From: Phoronis australis | Taxonomy: Eukaryota; Animalia; Phoronida | Assembly (NCBI GenBank): GCA_002633005.1 | Contig: NMRA01000033.1 | Span: 494,561 to 558,560 of the forward strand | Length of the DNA: 64,000 nucleotides | Direction: 5' to 3' | Shown here: piece after piece, positions 41,301 through 55,400 of the stretch | Layout of the letters: the number at the start of each line of letters is the position of its first letter | Position numbering within the stretch: the stretch's first letter is position 1 | Made by a program: the position numbers and the translations under genes | The notes under the pieces: generated by a model | Databases searched by the model: none | Told to the model about the DNA's origin: nothing | Seen by the model: only the letters and a program-made list of their open reading frames with translations

Positions 41301-44300
41301 ACACAACAGGTGTATTGAGGCAATCTGTGACTAAAACACAACAGGAGTATCGAGGCCATTTGTGACTAAAACACAACAGGAGTATAGAGGCCATATGTGA
41401 CTAAAACACAACAGGAGTATCGAGGCAATCTGTGACTAAAACTCAACAGGAGTATCGAGGCCATATGTGACTAAAACACAATAGGAGTATTCAGGCCATC
41501 TGTGACTAAAACACAACAGGAGTATCGAGGCAATCTGTGACTAAAACACAACAGGAGTATCGAGGCCATATGTGACTAAAACACAATAGGAGTATTCAGG
41601 CCATCTGTGACTAAAACACAACAGGAGTATCGAGGCCATATGTGACTAAAACACAATAGGAGTATTCAGGCCATCTGTAACTAAAACACAACAGGAGTAT
41701 CGAGGCCATCTGTGACTCAAAAAATCCTTCAGATCTCATTGGGGTTTGCCAACCCTGAAATTGTGAATTGAAAAGTGGCGCATGTTCCCACTGCCCGTGA
41801 CTTCAGATGGTAATGGAAATGGAATCCTATCATGGTCAAGGATATGAGACCGGTTTTATGAGAGTAAGCTTAATTTGATATTAGATTTCAAGCCAGCTGA
41901 ACAGGGTGTAATTTTTACATTTATCACTGTCACCATGGTTAGCTTATCTCAATTGTTAGTTAACATAAAACACTTGACAAGTAAACTAGTTCTTAAAGTG
42001 ACATTACCGGTGAGAGAAGTAATGTTCTGAAATCAGCCATACTACTGATCACCTTAACTGCACTCGGGAAATGATAGAGTATTTTAAGCATATTTAAAAT
42101 GTAAAGCCACCAGCCTTGATTTCAAATAATGTCTGGCAAATTTCAATGAGAATTGAATATTTATAGTAAAATCACAAAAACACAACAGATTTTATTGCTC
42201 TTGTCAAAGCTAATAACTTTAAGAAATTTTGTACCGTCCAATATTAATTTCAAAAATATGTTTTTCAGCCATAAAAATTAAAGAAATCAGCCAATCAGTT
42301 GCCCTTTTGTAAAACAATCAGCTTCTGCTACGCATAACACAGTCTTTCAAGACAGAACACAAAACTGGACTTTAACAGTTCTATGATACAGGTCTACACG
42401 GTAACTTCAAAAAATCAATTTTACAAGCACATAGCCTTGCGTCTAAGATTGTGGTAATGATGATGACACCAACATCAATCCATAATGACAACTTTGACAG
42501 TGCACACCACATCTGTCAGAGCTCACCAAAGGAATGTCTTGAGTGATCTGAGAGGTTATAGTCTTTCTCTCTTCCCCATCCGCCAGTGTGCTGTTCTTGA
42601 TGGCTATAGCCAACTGCTGTCCCAAAAGTTCATCAAGGGGCTATAACAAGAATGTAGAAATGGGATAAATGTTCAATAATGTTTAGTAAGACATCATTTT
42701 GATCTTTTGGACCCACACAAATGCAATAAAAACGTCAATATTAAAAACAAATAAAAATTAGGCTAGATTTACGTAGCCCAGAAATTTTTTTAAGCACTTC
42801 AAAAATTATTACTTGCCTATGGACCCCACCAATCCTTCTTAATTCCCTGAGAGCACACAATGGGTGCCATCCTTGTTGGGGCACACATAATTTTTTAAAA
42901 TTTCAAGTGATAAATTACCCCCCTTGATTACTTGAATCGGAAAATATTCAAGACCTACAAAGTTTTTGAAAACATGTCGCAACTGTGCATTTCTATTCTT
43001 AGTTGTGGGTCCAAATCATATCATAGCAGTGGCAGAAACATCTGGACAACCTTAAAGGGTTCTATACCACTTTAAAGGCACAAAATGTATACTTAGGAAT
43101 ATGTAAGTCAAAACAGACTTTCGAATGTTACATATCACAATGTAACTGGTTTCAAATTATTATTTCTCATTAGGTTTCTGTCTTCAAATTGTCACCCACC
43201 AAGTTCAGAAGCAATTTATGACCTAAATTAAACCTTCTGAAGCCACTGAACTAGAAAAACAAGATCAAATATTATTTTCAAAAAGGTATTTACCAGACTG
43301 CATTTACGTGCATGGGCCCTTTTTCGTGACCTTGCTTGACCTTCAGGAGTGTCTAGAGCTGACAAAAACTCCTGGAATGCGAAATGTAAACAACATCAAA
43401 TAGCACAGACAAAACAAACGTTTATATTGCATTCTAAAAAAACAATAACATTCACCAGTCTCAACAAGCGCATGAAGGTCATTACGTGCTATTTATTAAT
43501 GTGGTATTTAATAGAAAGATAACGACCCCTCAGTACATGAAGGTCATTACAGGTTATTTATTAATGTAGTATTAAATAGAAAGATAACGACCCCTCAGCA
43601 CATGAAGGTCACTACGTGTTATTTATTAGAATGTGGCATTTAGTAGAAAAATAACGACCCCTCAGCACATAGAAGTAAATAAAGAGAGTTGTACCTCAAC
43701 ATCAAACGATGGTTTGTACTGGACGTCCTTTTTTAGGAACTTGCCTGGTGTGTCAATACCAGCTTTGGACCGGGGACTCGACCTCAGAGGGGTCTTGTTC
43801 TCCTGTTTCAGTTGCTGTAAACGGAACAGGGAAATACATTCAATGACTATTCATATGCCAAGTACACCAATTACAGTCACAGTTTTCAAAAACATTGACA
43901 ATATCTTGGAAGTTATCGAGTTCATGGCAAAATTTGTGGCTCAAAGTTGGGGAAATAAAAATTATGGTCTTATCACCTAGTCTATCTAAAAATGAGAAAA
44001 AGTTAACCAACTAAACTAAAAAATTAGCAAACAGAAAAACAAAAATTACAAAATCTTTGGCAGGACATTAAACCGTTCATTTTGGGAAAACATATAAACT
44101 ATTTGTGATCTTAAATCTAACTGTAAAAGCAAGCATAAGAGTATGCATTTGCAAAACGTTTCAAAATCAGGTTTAAGAGGCTACACATAGGAAGCCCCGC
44201 CCTTTGAAAGTATTGGCAACAGAGACTTAGATTTAACTCAAAGCAAGAAGACTTGGGCAACAATGGAATGTACTCAAAAGATAGCCATAACCACTTGTTG

Positions 44301-47300
44301 ACTAGTCAAACACAAGATGCAAGTTTCACAGATGACAATTTTGACATTTCTATCAACAAATTTTACAAATGCTAGAAATGCAACGAAATTTTGTTAAAGT
44401 CGACTTAAGCTGCTTGAAACTTCCACTTTACAACAAATTTTAAAAAAGTTTAAACAATAACGTACCCGCACGCGATTGTTATCAGCTTTCATGGCCACTG
44501 GAGTCTTAAAGCTGGTAGACTCCACCTTCAAGGAAGTTGGAGAACGTTTTCCACTTATCTCCCCTTGGTTTTCTACCAGTTGTCGACCAACAGGAGGTGC
44601 CTCATCTTTGGCAGACTGTGAATTGTGTTGAACTCTATCTTCAACAGTGACAGGGGAGTTAACTCTACCTTGTGCATTTACAGGGGAGCTAACTCTACCA
44701 TCTGCAGTAGCAAGGGGGCTAAGTACGTTAGCCTTATGAATATTCTCCTTTTCTTCTGCACGGAATTCTACTCGCGTATTTGTTGTGTCCATGACTGTTG
44801 TGTCAGTGGACTCGTTGTACAGTTTGTCGATGAGATAGTCATTTTCGTTACACTTTTGACCCGAGCGTGCACAGGCAAACAACCACCTAGAACACAGTAA
44901 ACAGTAAAAGATGCATTTGTCCAAACAGATACAAGATACCATTATTCATCGAAAGTACCACGTGGGCAGGTTAAGATGCGTGTAATATTTCCATTGCATT
45001 CAAAGATAAAATTTTTTTTTGTAAACTATTGTGATCTCACTAACCTCTAACCTGTATAAACAACAATTCCTTCAATTTAGTTTTTAAGAATGTTTTATTG
45101 CACAGCCGGTACGCCACAATCGTTTTGAAAGACAATACACGAAATTTCACCATTAGCGTCACCACGAAATACGATCTCAGCTGTCAACTCAAAAAGCAGA
45201 AGTTGCTTAATAGTGTCGCCACCATCAATGTCCGACATAATTTCACAACAGGAAGGCTAAGAAACCTAGACATTCAGAAATACCTACTCAGCTAAGAAAT
45301 TTAAAAATCAGTGCAACTATGTAGATTTTTGTGTTCAACATTTTGCTTTAATATAAATTTGTTTCTATGATTTGGCCAAAAACTGACTTAACCCATTGAA
45401 CTTTCACAAAAAATCATGTTTCTACATCATGACCCACTTCACACTACTAAATAGTTGGTAGTTTTGAAAATTAAAACAAATTTTGCTTACAATAATTTAA
45501 CACATAAAATGTTACCATAATTGTAACCAGGTTGACAAGAGCCTGAATGAAGTCAACATTACAGGTGAATACTAACTTTTCAAGTGACAATTTCATAATT
45601 CAGGCTAGGACTATTACTCTAAACTTACTTTTTATGCAGAGCAGGTAGTTTCCACTTGATTGCTGCGGCATACTTTGATCCCTCTGGTTCATTGACCACT
45701 AAGTGGGTACTGGCCAGTAGACCTTTGTTAGCACGACGTACAAAGTATTCTTGACATCTGAAATTCCAGGTAAAATGTTGAAGGAACAATCACCAGCAGC
45801 CATTGTGGTAGGCAGTAAGTTTCTGGTTCTTAATTTTATTCATTCTGACATTATGTAACATTTTTCATTTTAATGCTAATTTTTCATGACCATTAGCTGT
45901 TAGCCCATACTAGCCACTCTGTCATGTGACAACACTTAGTCACAAATACACCAGAGACATCTTCTGGCGAACCCAAACAACTCAAAATAGCAGTGAGTGA
46001 GACAGTGTATTCATCTCTAATGTTATATAACTTGCCTTTGTATCTATAAGTCAGCCACATTCGTTGCAGTAATTTCCCAAATTTTATTTGTCATTGCACA
46101 TTGTGCTTTGTTTTCTTCAACAGTAAAGGCGTGGCAAAGATCAGGGAATATATTGCTGTTCTATATTCAGTAAAATACTCTTTTATCCATCACGACCGTC
46201 ATTTGAACATCGAGCTGACAATGGAAGGGTTTTCAGAGAAAAATCAACTATTATTACAGTCGGGTGTTTAATGAAAGAGTTTTGATTACAGTAACCGCAA
46301 CAATATCTCTTTCCCATGGGCTTAACACAATCACTTGTCTTCTGCACTCCTTTCCCAAACAGTGTACATGATACATATCTATCCTATTTCCTTACGTGGC
46401 ACCCATGATTTCCGCCAGATTCATCAGACAGTCCCTCTCACGGCCGCTGTACCCACTCACAGACAGCACACATCCCTCCAGGGGTTTGGCACCAGCCTTC
46501 AGTTCCAGAGGAGCATACAAGTTGTTGTCACCAACAGGGAGGATGGTATCCTCCTCCAGGCACGATTCCTAAAAGAGTAAAATCATCGAAATGAGCAGAG
46601 TTCTCTTTCCTCTTCTACTTGGTTAAAAAATTTGAGAGGTGAATAATAAAGCAAAGTGATACAATAAAAGAGTAAAACATTATTTAAACAGACCCCTTTC
46701 AAGATTACGTCAGTATGTAACATAAAAACAATATTATAAGAAATTTCATTTTTAACTTATTTTGGTACTCCAACAGAATGGCAGTCACGAGTAAAGGACA
46801 CAACTTTCACTTTTTATCAGCAAAATATCCTAATGTCAGTGAGACCTTTTGACCCATTACACTTATTCTGTATCTATAATGGGGTATGCTAATTACTCAG
46901 AGACAATACCTACAGCATATATGACATATGCTCAATATACAGAGACAAAACATACAACATACACAAGATATGCTCAACATACAGAGACAAAACATACAAC
47001 ATACATAAGATATGCTCAATATAGAGACAAAACTTACAACATACATGAGATACACTCAATATACAGAAACAAAACATACAACTTACATGAGATATGCTCA
47101 ATATACAGAAACAACACATACAACATCCGTGAGACATGCTCAATATACAACACATACAACACACAACATACACAAGAGTATTATTAACAGCAAAAATTAG
47201 AAAACTTTTATCAGCGTTGACTTGTAACGAAACAAGAATTGGCAAGCGATTTTCTTTTCGTCAAACTGGGTTTACATGATTTGTACAGTATATCTGACAT

Positions 47301-50300
47301 CAAATACTTGCCAAATTTTCGAGCATTTGCAACATCCAATCAAGCTTTTGAAAAGAAGAAACAGGGCGAATTTAGTAATTATTTTTTAACCAAATTGAAG
47401 ATTTTTCACCATAGATGGTAAGTTTAAATTCTGCAATTACTATTGTCAGGACTCCTGTTCTCACCAGCCATATATTTGTGACCACCTCCTTGACAGACAA
47501 CTTCACATCACAACCAAGAGAGGGCAACACTGCATAGTCGGCAATTGTGAGCGAGTTTTCAGACGACACTTGACCTGTAACACACAACAATTATAGTTAT
47601 GATCCTTACAGTCATGCTTTTGAAGCAATTCAAAAAATAATTGCTATTTACCTTTTACTTTTAATTAGTAGCAGACGGATCACGTGTAATTGCCAAATCC
47701 CTTGACCACTAAACGTATAACCTCAATTTAGGCAAAAAGTATAGTTGGTTCTGGTTTGTACCTCTTGACTCTTTTTGAGATCTGAGGGGCCCGTTCCAAC
47801 AAATCTGACTTAGCTAATATAAATCTTAAATTTCAGTAAATAAAAGTTAAATTTGTCTCAAAACCAATTCAAGAAAGAGACCTTAAGTTTGACTTAAGTG
47901 TTTGACATAAATTTTGTCTTAATTTTGACTAACTTACCAAATATAGAAGTTTCAAAGTTTGGAAGTTAGACAAATCTTAAACTTAAGTCAAAAATGAACT
48001 TAAGTCAGTTTCTTGGAACAGGCTTCTGTACTCACCCACTAAAGAAAAAACATCCAGCCATATCAATGGCAGCCCAAGTCTGATGTTTTGTGGAAAGCTG
48101 CACAAAATCACAAAAGCGAGTGTAAACAAGATGTATAACATCATGGTTTGCCAACCGATGAGTAAAAAACAAACCAGAACCCATTGTGCTTTATTGGCCT
48201 TAAGAGAATAACTTGGGCAACAGCCTATAACCAATTGGCACCATGCCGTGATTTGCATAAACGCAGCTTATCTTAAGAGTACCTCCATTCTCCTTGATCA
48301 ATTCCGTAATTTCGTGGGTTATTTGTTGGTCAAAGCCATCAATGAGGAACGTCTTCCCATGGAAGAGTAGCCCTGACATTGTTGCCTCACCTGAAATGAC
48401 CAAACTATATAAATAGCACACCAGACACTCGCCTTGGGTGCAACGAACAACAATGAGCTGGACATTACAGGCAATCTCAGGACAGTGCTTTGTAAACCTG
48501 AGATAGTATAATCAGGTGCTTCAGTTGTAATGTGTGGCGATATCTCGCCAAGTCTTGGATGCATGTGGCAATATCTCGCCAAGTCTTGGATGATCTTGTG
48601 TTTTCATGAGAGCAATGGGTCTCAGGAACGCAGACAAGACCTTGTCTAAGCTAGTTAATTTGATTACATAAACTGACCATCACTGTCCCAATGGTCAGCA
48701 AATGGGGACAGCATTCGTCCTATAATAATTCAAACCACTTCGCAGAACGTGCATAAGACAGACTAAAATTGACCCTTTTTCCTCTAGTGGTTAATTCAAT
48801 TACCTGTGCCATGCGGGTCTAAATGAGTTTCATCATTACTGATGTTCTGAACAGGATCAACCTCCATTGTGCTGTTGTCACCTGCAACATAAAGACATAA
48901 ACTGAGGTTGTAGACACCATTGACAATGTTGTAGACACCACTGACAACTGTTAAAGAGCACATGAGTTTTTGGTATTGGTAAACATAGTTTGTCAAAATG
49001 GGGGAAAGAACAACGACGGGCATTCTCACATTCATTTATTTATCGAATAATGTGCTCTGTAAACTTTCCCATGTGATCAAACGAATTCATGTATTTAAAC
49101 AGTGTCACCAATGCTAACTGCTGAATTTCTAGTCGCCCATTGCAGTAAAGTGAAAATGAAACGGTACATTCAATCATTTTTTCACAAAGAAATATGTAAT
49201 GGGAAAACTAACAGTAAAATTTAATCAATTCGGAAAGATTTTGGTTATGAAAGGATATATCAACTGTAACTTTCTAGCAGAAAAAAGATCTGTGACAAAG
49301 ATCCTACAATGCAGTGAAATTATTGGCATAGATATGACAATTTTAGAAATACCAACAGTGGAATGGTCACTGATAGAAATATAAGCAGTCGATTGGCCAC
49401 CTTGAGGGGGGAGGTATTGGGTCATGATGTCATCCATTTCTGGAGCGGGCGTGGCAACAGATGGAGCTGTCTTCTGAGTGGGCGAAGTCTTGGTATCATT
49501 CAATGAACTCGCTCTTGATAATGACAGTTTGGATCTAGAAATGTATGTTATTCATCAGTTCAGACTTACAGGCCAATATTGTAACGGTAAGTGATGTAAA
49601 TCAAAAAAAAAAAAAAAAAAAATTGTGACAGAAGATGGTTTTGCAGCAGCTTTAAATCATCTTCTGGTTCTGTGACCAATGTTGTATTTGAACAATGCCT
49701 GAGAGCTCTGATATTAAAACACTTGACAATCAATGCTGCAAAGAAAAAGACTTTTCCTGAACAAATTAGTCAAGATGTCACGAATGCAGGAATTTCAATG
49801 CAGTTTGATTGAATAGATTAGCTGAACAACCTCAGTCAAGAGGCAACACTTCTCAAGAAGACAAGATCTTCATCAAAGTTGTGTGTTGTGTGTTTTTGAC
49901 ACTTCAGCAACTGCAATAACCTATGGACAATTAGACCATCAGTCACCTTTTGGCAGGTATGGGTGAGGTAGGATCCACAGGTGGTAAGGTGTAACACTGG
50001 TAGTCTGACTCAGGTAGACGTTCCTTCTCAACACAGCTGTCTACTAACCAACTGGCACGGACTATGTCAGGTCTGAAACAAAGTGTGACAAGACATGTTC
50101 AAATGTGTATCAGCACCATGTATCACAATTTAACTTCACATAGCAAACATTTTTAAGTCTGGTCTGCATGCCACCTGTTGGCCACATCACGTGATCTAAT
50201 GAACATAAGTCTGAAAAGACTTCTGCCACAGCCGGGACTCAAACCCGGAACCATCAGCAGACACTCTAGTCTACTGAGTCATCGGAACCACTGGTCGAAA

Positions 50301-52443
50301 ACAGAAATCCAATCAGACTTGGCAGTGGCCATCCCGCCCATAAACTCATGAGTGTATATGAATATGTAAATCTTGAACCGGAATGCAAACATAGATAAAA
50401 AATATATTTAAGTCTGGTCTGCCCGCCACCTGTTGACAATATCATCACCATGACATTTTATTTATTGCAACTGTGACTTCACCATCTTCAAAACAAGAAA
50501 AGAAGGAAAATGCCCCCATTTTCATAAAAAATGTCTTGACCAACTGTGACTTGTTGCTATAGTATCCTGTGAACAAAACCATAACAACGGCTAATTTAGT
50601 GTATGGTCTAGGTAAATGTCTCTCTTTCTCACAGCTGTGCTCATCGTGTTATAGGGAAAGACACTGATAACGAAGATTTTTATTACGGCACTGTGCAGGC
50701 GTTATCGCTGTCTAAAAGAATAACTTATGTTTAATAAAACCACAAAATAATGAAAGGAAAACAAACACTGGCCCAGAAATATCCTTTAAGTTTTAATTAT
50801 TGGCAACAATGAAAATATGTTATTATTTTAAAATGGGTTAGCTGCTATGGTAACTAATGCAAATGATTTATGGTTTGCAATTATTCCAGATTGCAGCGTC
50901 TAGCAGAATCCCTTACCTGTGGCCATGACTGACTAATGTGTCTATATCGTCCTGGACACACTGACCCATGATGAAGTGTGTTATGCTCTCGCTGATCTGG
51001 TCAAAACGGGTGGCACCACCCTTATTAATAAGCTTGCGCAGTTTCTCCAGGCTGTTGCCATAGTGACCACTTAAGTAAATCTACAAGCATCAAGAAGAAC
51101 TGCCACGATATTGAGTCATGTTTACATCTACCACTGTTCAATTTTAGCAATATTAATTTATACAAAGTTGTTGTTTTTGCAAACAAAAAACAGAAATAAG
51201 CACAACCAGACACTTTCCTTTGAAGTCTCATGTGACCTTCACCTGCATTACACTTCTGTGAGAATGGTTCAGGTGTCAATATTGTTTAACTTAAGCGAAT
51301 CATTCAGCTAGTTATCAGAAGCTAAAATATTTTTACTAGAATATTCACTATGGAATAGCAAATACATTAAAAGTTTGTCTTAAGATTAAAGAATGAGAGT
51401 AAAACCAAAACATTGAATTTGTGTTTCAACAAATGATACATAATGTCAAAAAACTGTATAGTCGCCTTTGCTGAACATAACTTCCACATATTATCATATA
51501 GTCCTGCTCTACCGTTATCACATCAATTGTAATATCCAATTTAAATCATTTCACCCCGTTTACTGGCTGAAAACAAAAATCAACTTTGGCCATTTCTCTC
51601 ATACGATAGGTCTCTCAGTGAAAGGAGTCCATTTCAGTCTGTAACCAACTTAAGTCACATACAATGCATACATGCCGCATTTTTGAATTTACAATTTTAA
51701 AGGTAATGGAAATAGAACCCTATCACTGACGGTAAAAAATATTACAAGAGCGATTTTATGAGGCTAAATGGCAAGGGCTTAATGTAGGCTTAACTATCTT
51801 TTCAATGTTTATACTATTGTCATTTCCCATATTTACACGCACACATGAGGACTATTTGTTAGAAGAACACTGTATCTTGTAAACTTTTATCTTCAATAAG
51901 TTTAAGCAACTATTTCAGCTCAATCATAAACGCCTCTTTGAAAGGTGTTACTGTAAAGAAAAATCATGACTTGTTGATTAAAAAAGAATAGTACAGCATC
52001 TGGTCTACTTACCGTTTTAACAGAAAAAGGGGAAAATCTACGCAATAAAGTAAGACTTGCAAGTTATTTGGCAACAAGATTAAACATCACTTCTGTCAGT
52101 TCTACGCATGCTTTCGCCAATGGTGAGTACAGAAAAACTAGTGACTCTACACATACCATGCAACCATCTAGGAACATCCCGGCCTTGATTTTGGTCACGT
52201 CCAAATTATCTAGAGCAGCGCAATCTGTTGAAGACCTAGGGGGTGGAGCAACATTGATGTCTGCATTCATCGTCGACTCGCCCATGGTGGGAAGGGAGGT
52301 GAGGTCGATGGATGTCCCCATACCCGTCTGGCGTAGCGCCGTCTCATCCACGCCGGAGACGTCGTTTGTGATCCGACTCATGTCGTTGATACTGCTGACA
52401 TCAGCCAGACTCGGTGGTCGGCCTGAGGGGATAAGTGATTAGA

Positions 52444-52478
<35 letters not shown>

Positions 52479-55400
52479 GAAGTAACAGCAACTAATCTCT
52501 TATTGACCTATAAAATCACAAAATCAGTAAAATTCACTACCAGCATACTAAGCCAAATGAAAGGTCACGGGTCTATTTGATCGAAGAAAGAAAGTGCTTC
52601 ATTGCGTACAATCAACTTCATTGAATTTTAAATTAACCTAAATAAATTTACTCAAGTAAAGACAGACCATTCTTGTCTTTAGTGGGAGTAGATGACAGAT
52701 GTCCATCAAGTTGATACTGTAATTCGTCCTTGCAGTAGCCACTGTCCAGGGATTCATAGAGCCAGGACGAGTGGACGATGTGAATCTTCCAGCGCTTGGC
52801 AAACTCATACTTCTGACCTTTGGGTTCATTGATGACCAGGTGGGTGCAGTCGTTGATTTTCATCTCACCTGTGTATCGTCCACCTGGCAGGATAAATAGT
52901 AAGGATTGACGAGTCTTAGGTTTCCATACAGTAAAGGTTGGCACAATAAACACAATATTAATAATTGGCTTAAGTATGACAGTCTCACTTAACTGCTATA
53001 AAAGATACATCTTATTGCCATATAATTATAGCACAAAGTTCTGTTGGAGTAGGATAGACCTTTGGCAAAGTCTGTCCTGTGTATTTTGAGCTCTATCGTA
53101 GCTTACCTTCACCCTCTATCAGTTTATTATGAACCCTTACGTAATTTACCTTGACTGTCAGTTTATATCCACAGCAACTTACCTTAATCGTCTATCAGCT
53201 TTTCATGAACCCTACCGTAGCTTACCTTCAGCCTCTATTAGTCCATTATAAACCCTACCGCTACTTACATTCACTGTCTATCACTTCATTATGAACACTA
53301 CCATAGCTTACCTTGACTGTCAATCAGTTTATTATTAACTTCATGGTAGCTTACCTTCCCTGTCTATCAAATTATTATGAACTTTACCGTAGCTTACCTT
53401 CACTGTTTATCAGTTTATTATGAAATCTACCGTAGCTTAAATTCAACGTCTATCAGTTTATCATGAACCCTACCGTAGCTTACCTTCACCATCTATCAGT
53501 TTATTATGGACTCTACAGCAGCTTACCTTCACTGTCTATCAGCTTTGCCAGCTTGTTTCTCTCCTGTAAACCGGACACTGTGATCACGTAACCCTTGAAA
53601 ATTCCGCACTTGTACTGCGCGAACTCTGCATCCTTGCCATGCACATGACGCAGTCTACTCTCCTTCCACACTTGCTCCACCCATTGGGTGGTCATGATGG
53701 ATGTGCCGAGACTCGCAGCAACCTGTTTATGGACACAGTTGGATGCATTGGGTTAAACCAGCTAGTTCAAACGTTATTAAAAAATCACAGCTTAACCCAC
53801 AGTTCAAGAGTGATCCGACATTAACACCTCTAACAATATGGTGGATGTCAAACACAAGTCACTCTGTCATAACTTTAAATTGTTTGCAATGAAATATAAA
53901 ACACGTTACTAATCCATTTTTAGAAACTTCATTTTCATTACAAACACTGACACCCTATTCATACATTACTGCAGAACTTTTTACTTTCCAAATATGGAAA
54001 AGATCATTTGACGACAGACAGATCTACAACAAACCCTACGTACTCCGGGGGAAAATTACAACAGATGCATACCTATCAATTTATGATGGCCTTGTTTCAA
54101 GACAATAAAAGAACTTTTAAAGTGAGTGTACCAAAATACTTGCACACCTATTACTCTTATCAGCGACTTAAATAGAATACTTCAAGAGATTATTTGTTAT
54201 TGTGTTCGCTGTTCGATGTCATTAAATTTCTTTAAAAATTGGGATTGTTATATTATCAAAACCATACCGTCTATGAGTATAAGCAGGCTAAAATTCGCCT
54301 TACCACGCATACAATATGGACACATATGTGGTGCGTCCTATTAACACAAAAATATTGGTCAACAGGTTACACAGCCTAATTGAAAAGCATGGCTGGGCAT
54401 CAGCTTTCACTACGGTTACTATTAATAGCGAATGACGAAGTGAAAACTACTCGTACAGTATAATGAAGAGTACTCAGTGTCTCAATCAATAACTAGAAAA
54501 CTGAAAAAGTATTTGATTAAATATGTTCACGCTTCACTCAACTATAATGTGAAAAAAATGTCATGTCAGTGACATCTCATTGTCTCCCAGCCACAGTCGT
54601 ATTCTGAAGGTCATGAACATGTGTAGCATGCAGCCGTGCTTCCAACAACAAAAAACTTGACTAGTTTGGAAAACAATGAACAAGGTTGCAGTGTTTTGTT
54701 TCATTTTAATATTATTGTGAACATTATGCTGATCAAGCTTAATAACAACCCCAAGTGTTCCTCTTACTAGAAGTGAGAGGTTAGCATGTGAACTGCTGAT
54801 GACTCGGGTCAACAAAAAATGTCAGATGATCNAAATGGCGGGAAAATTTTGCGACCTGGCGTTTAGGAATGCGAGCTGGATTTTGAAAATGCGACCTGGG
54901 ATTTTGGCTAGGTCGCAAAATGCGACCTGGCGATTTTAATAGCGTCGAGCCCTGCAGTTTATTATGAAATCTACCGTAGCTTAAATTCACCATCTATCAG
55001 TTCATTATGAATCCTACCGTAGCTTACCTTCACCATCTATACGTTTGTTATGAACCCTACAGTAGCTTACCATCAACATCAGTTTATTATGAAGTCCACC
55101 TTAGCTTACCTTCATCGTCTATCAGTTTATTATGGACTCTACAGCAGCTCACCTTCACTGTCTATCAGCTTTGCCAGCTTGTTTCTCTCCTGTAAACCGG
55201 ACACTGTGATCACGTAACCCTTGAAAATTCCACACTTGTACTGCGCAAACTCTGCATCCTTGCCATGCACATGTCGCAGTCGACTCTCCTTCCACACTTG
55301 CTCCACCCATTGGGTGGTCATGATGGATGTGCCGAGACTCGCAGCAACCTGTTTACGGACACAGTTGGATGCATTGGGTTAAACCAGCAAGTTCAAACGT

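Noticed and set aside
50222-50292. Possible tRNA gene
   Set aside because: No complete cloverleaf or anticodon arm and a mutated B-box; treated as SINE-like.
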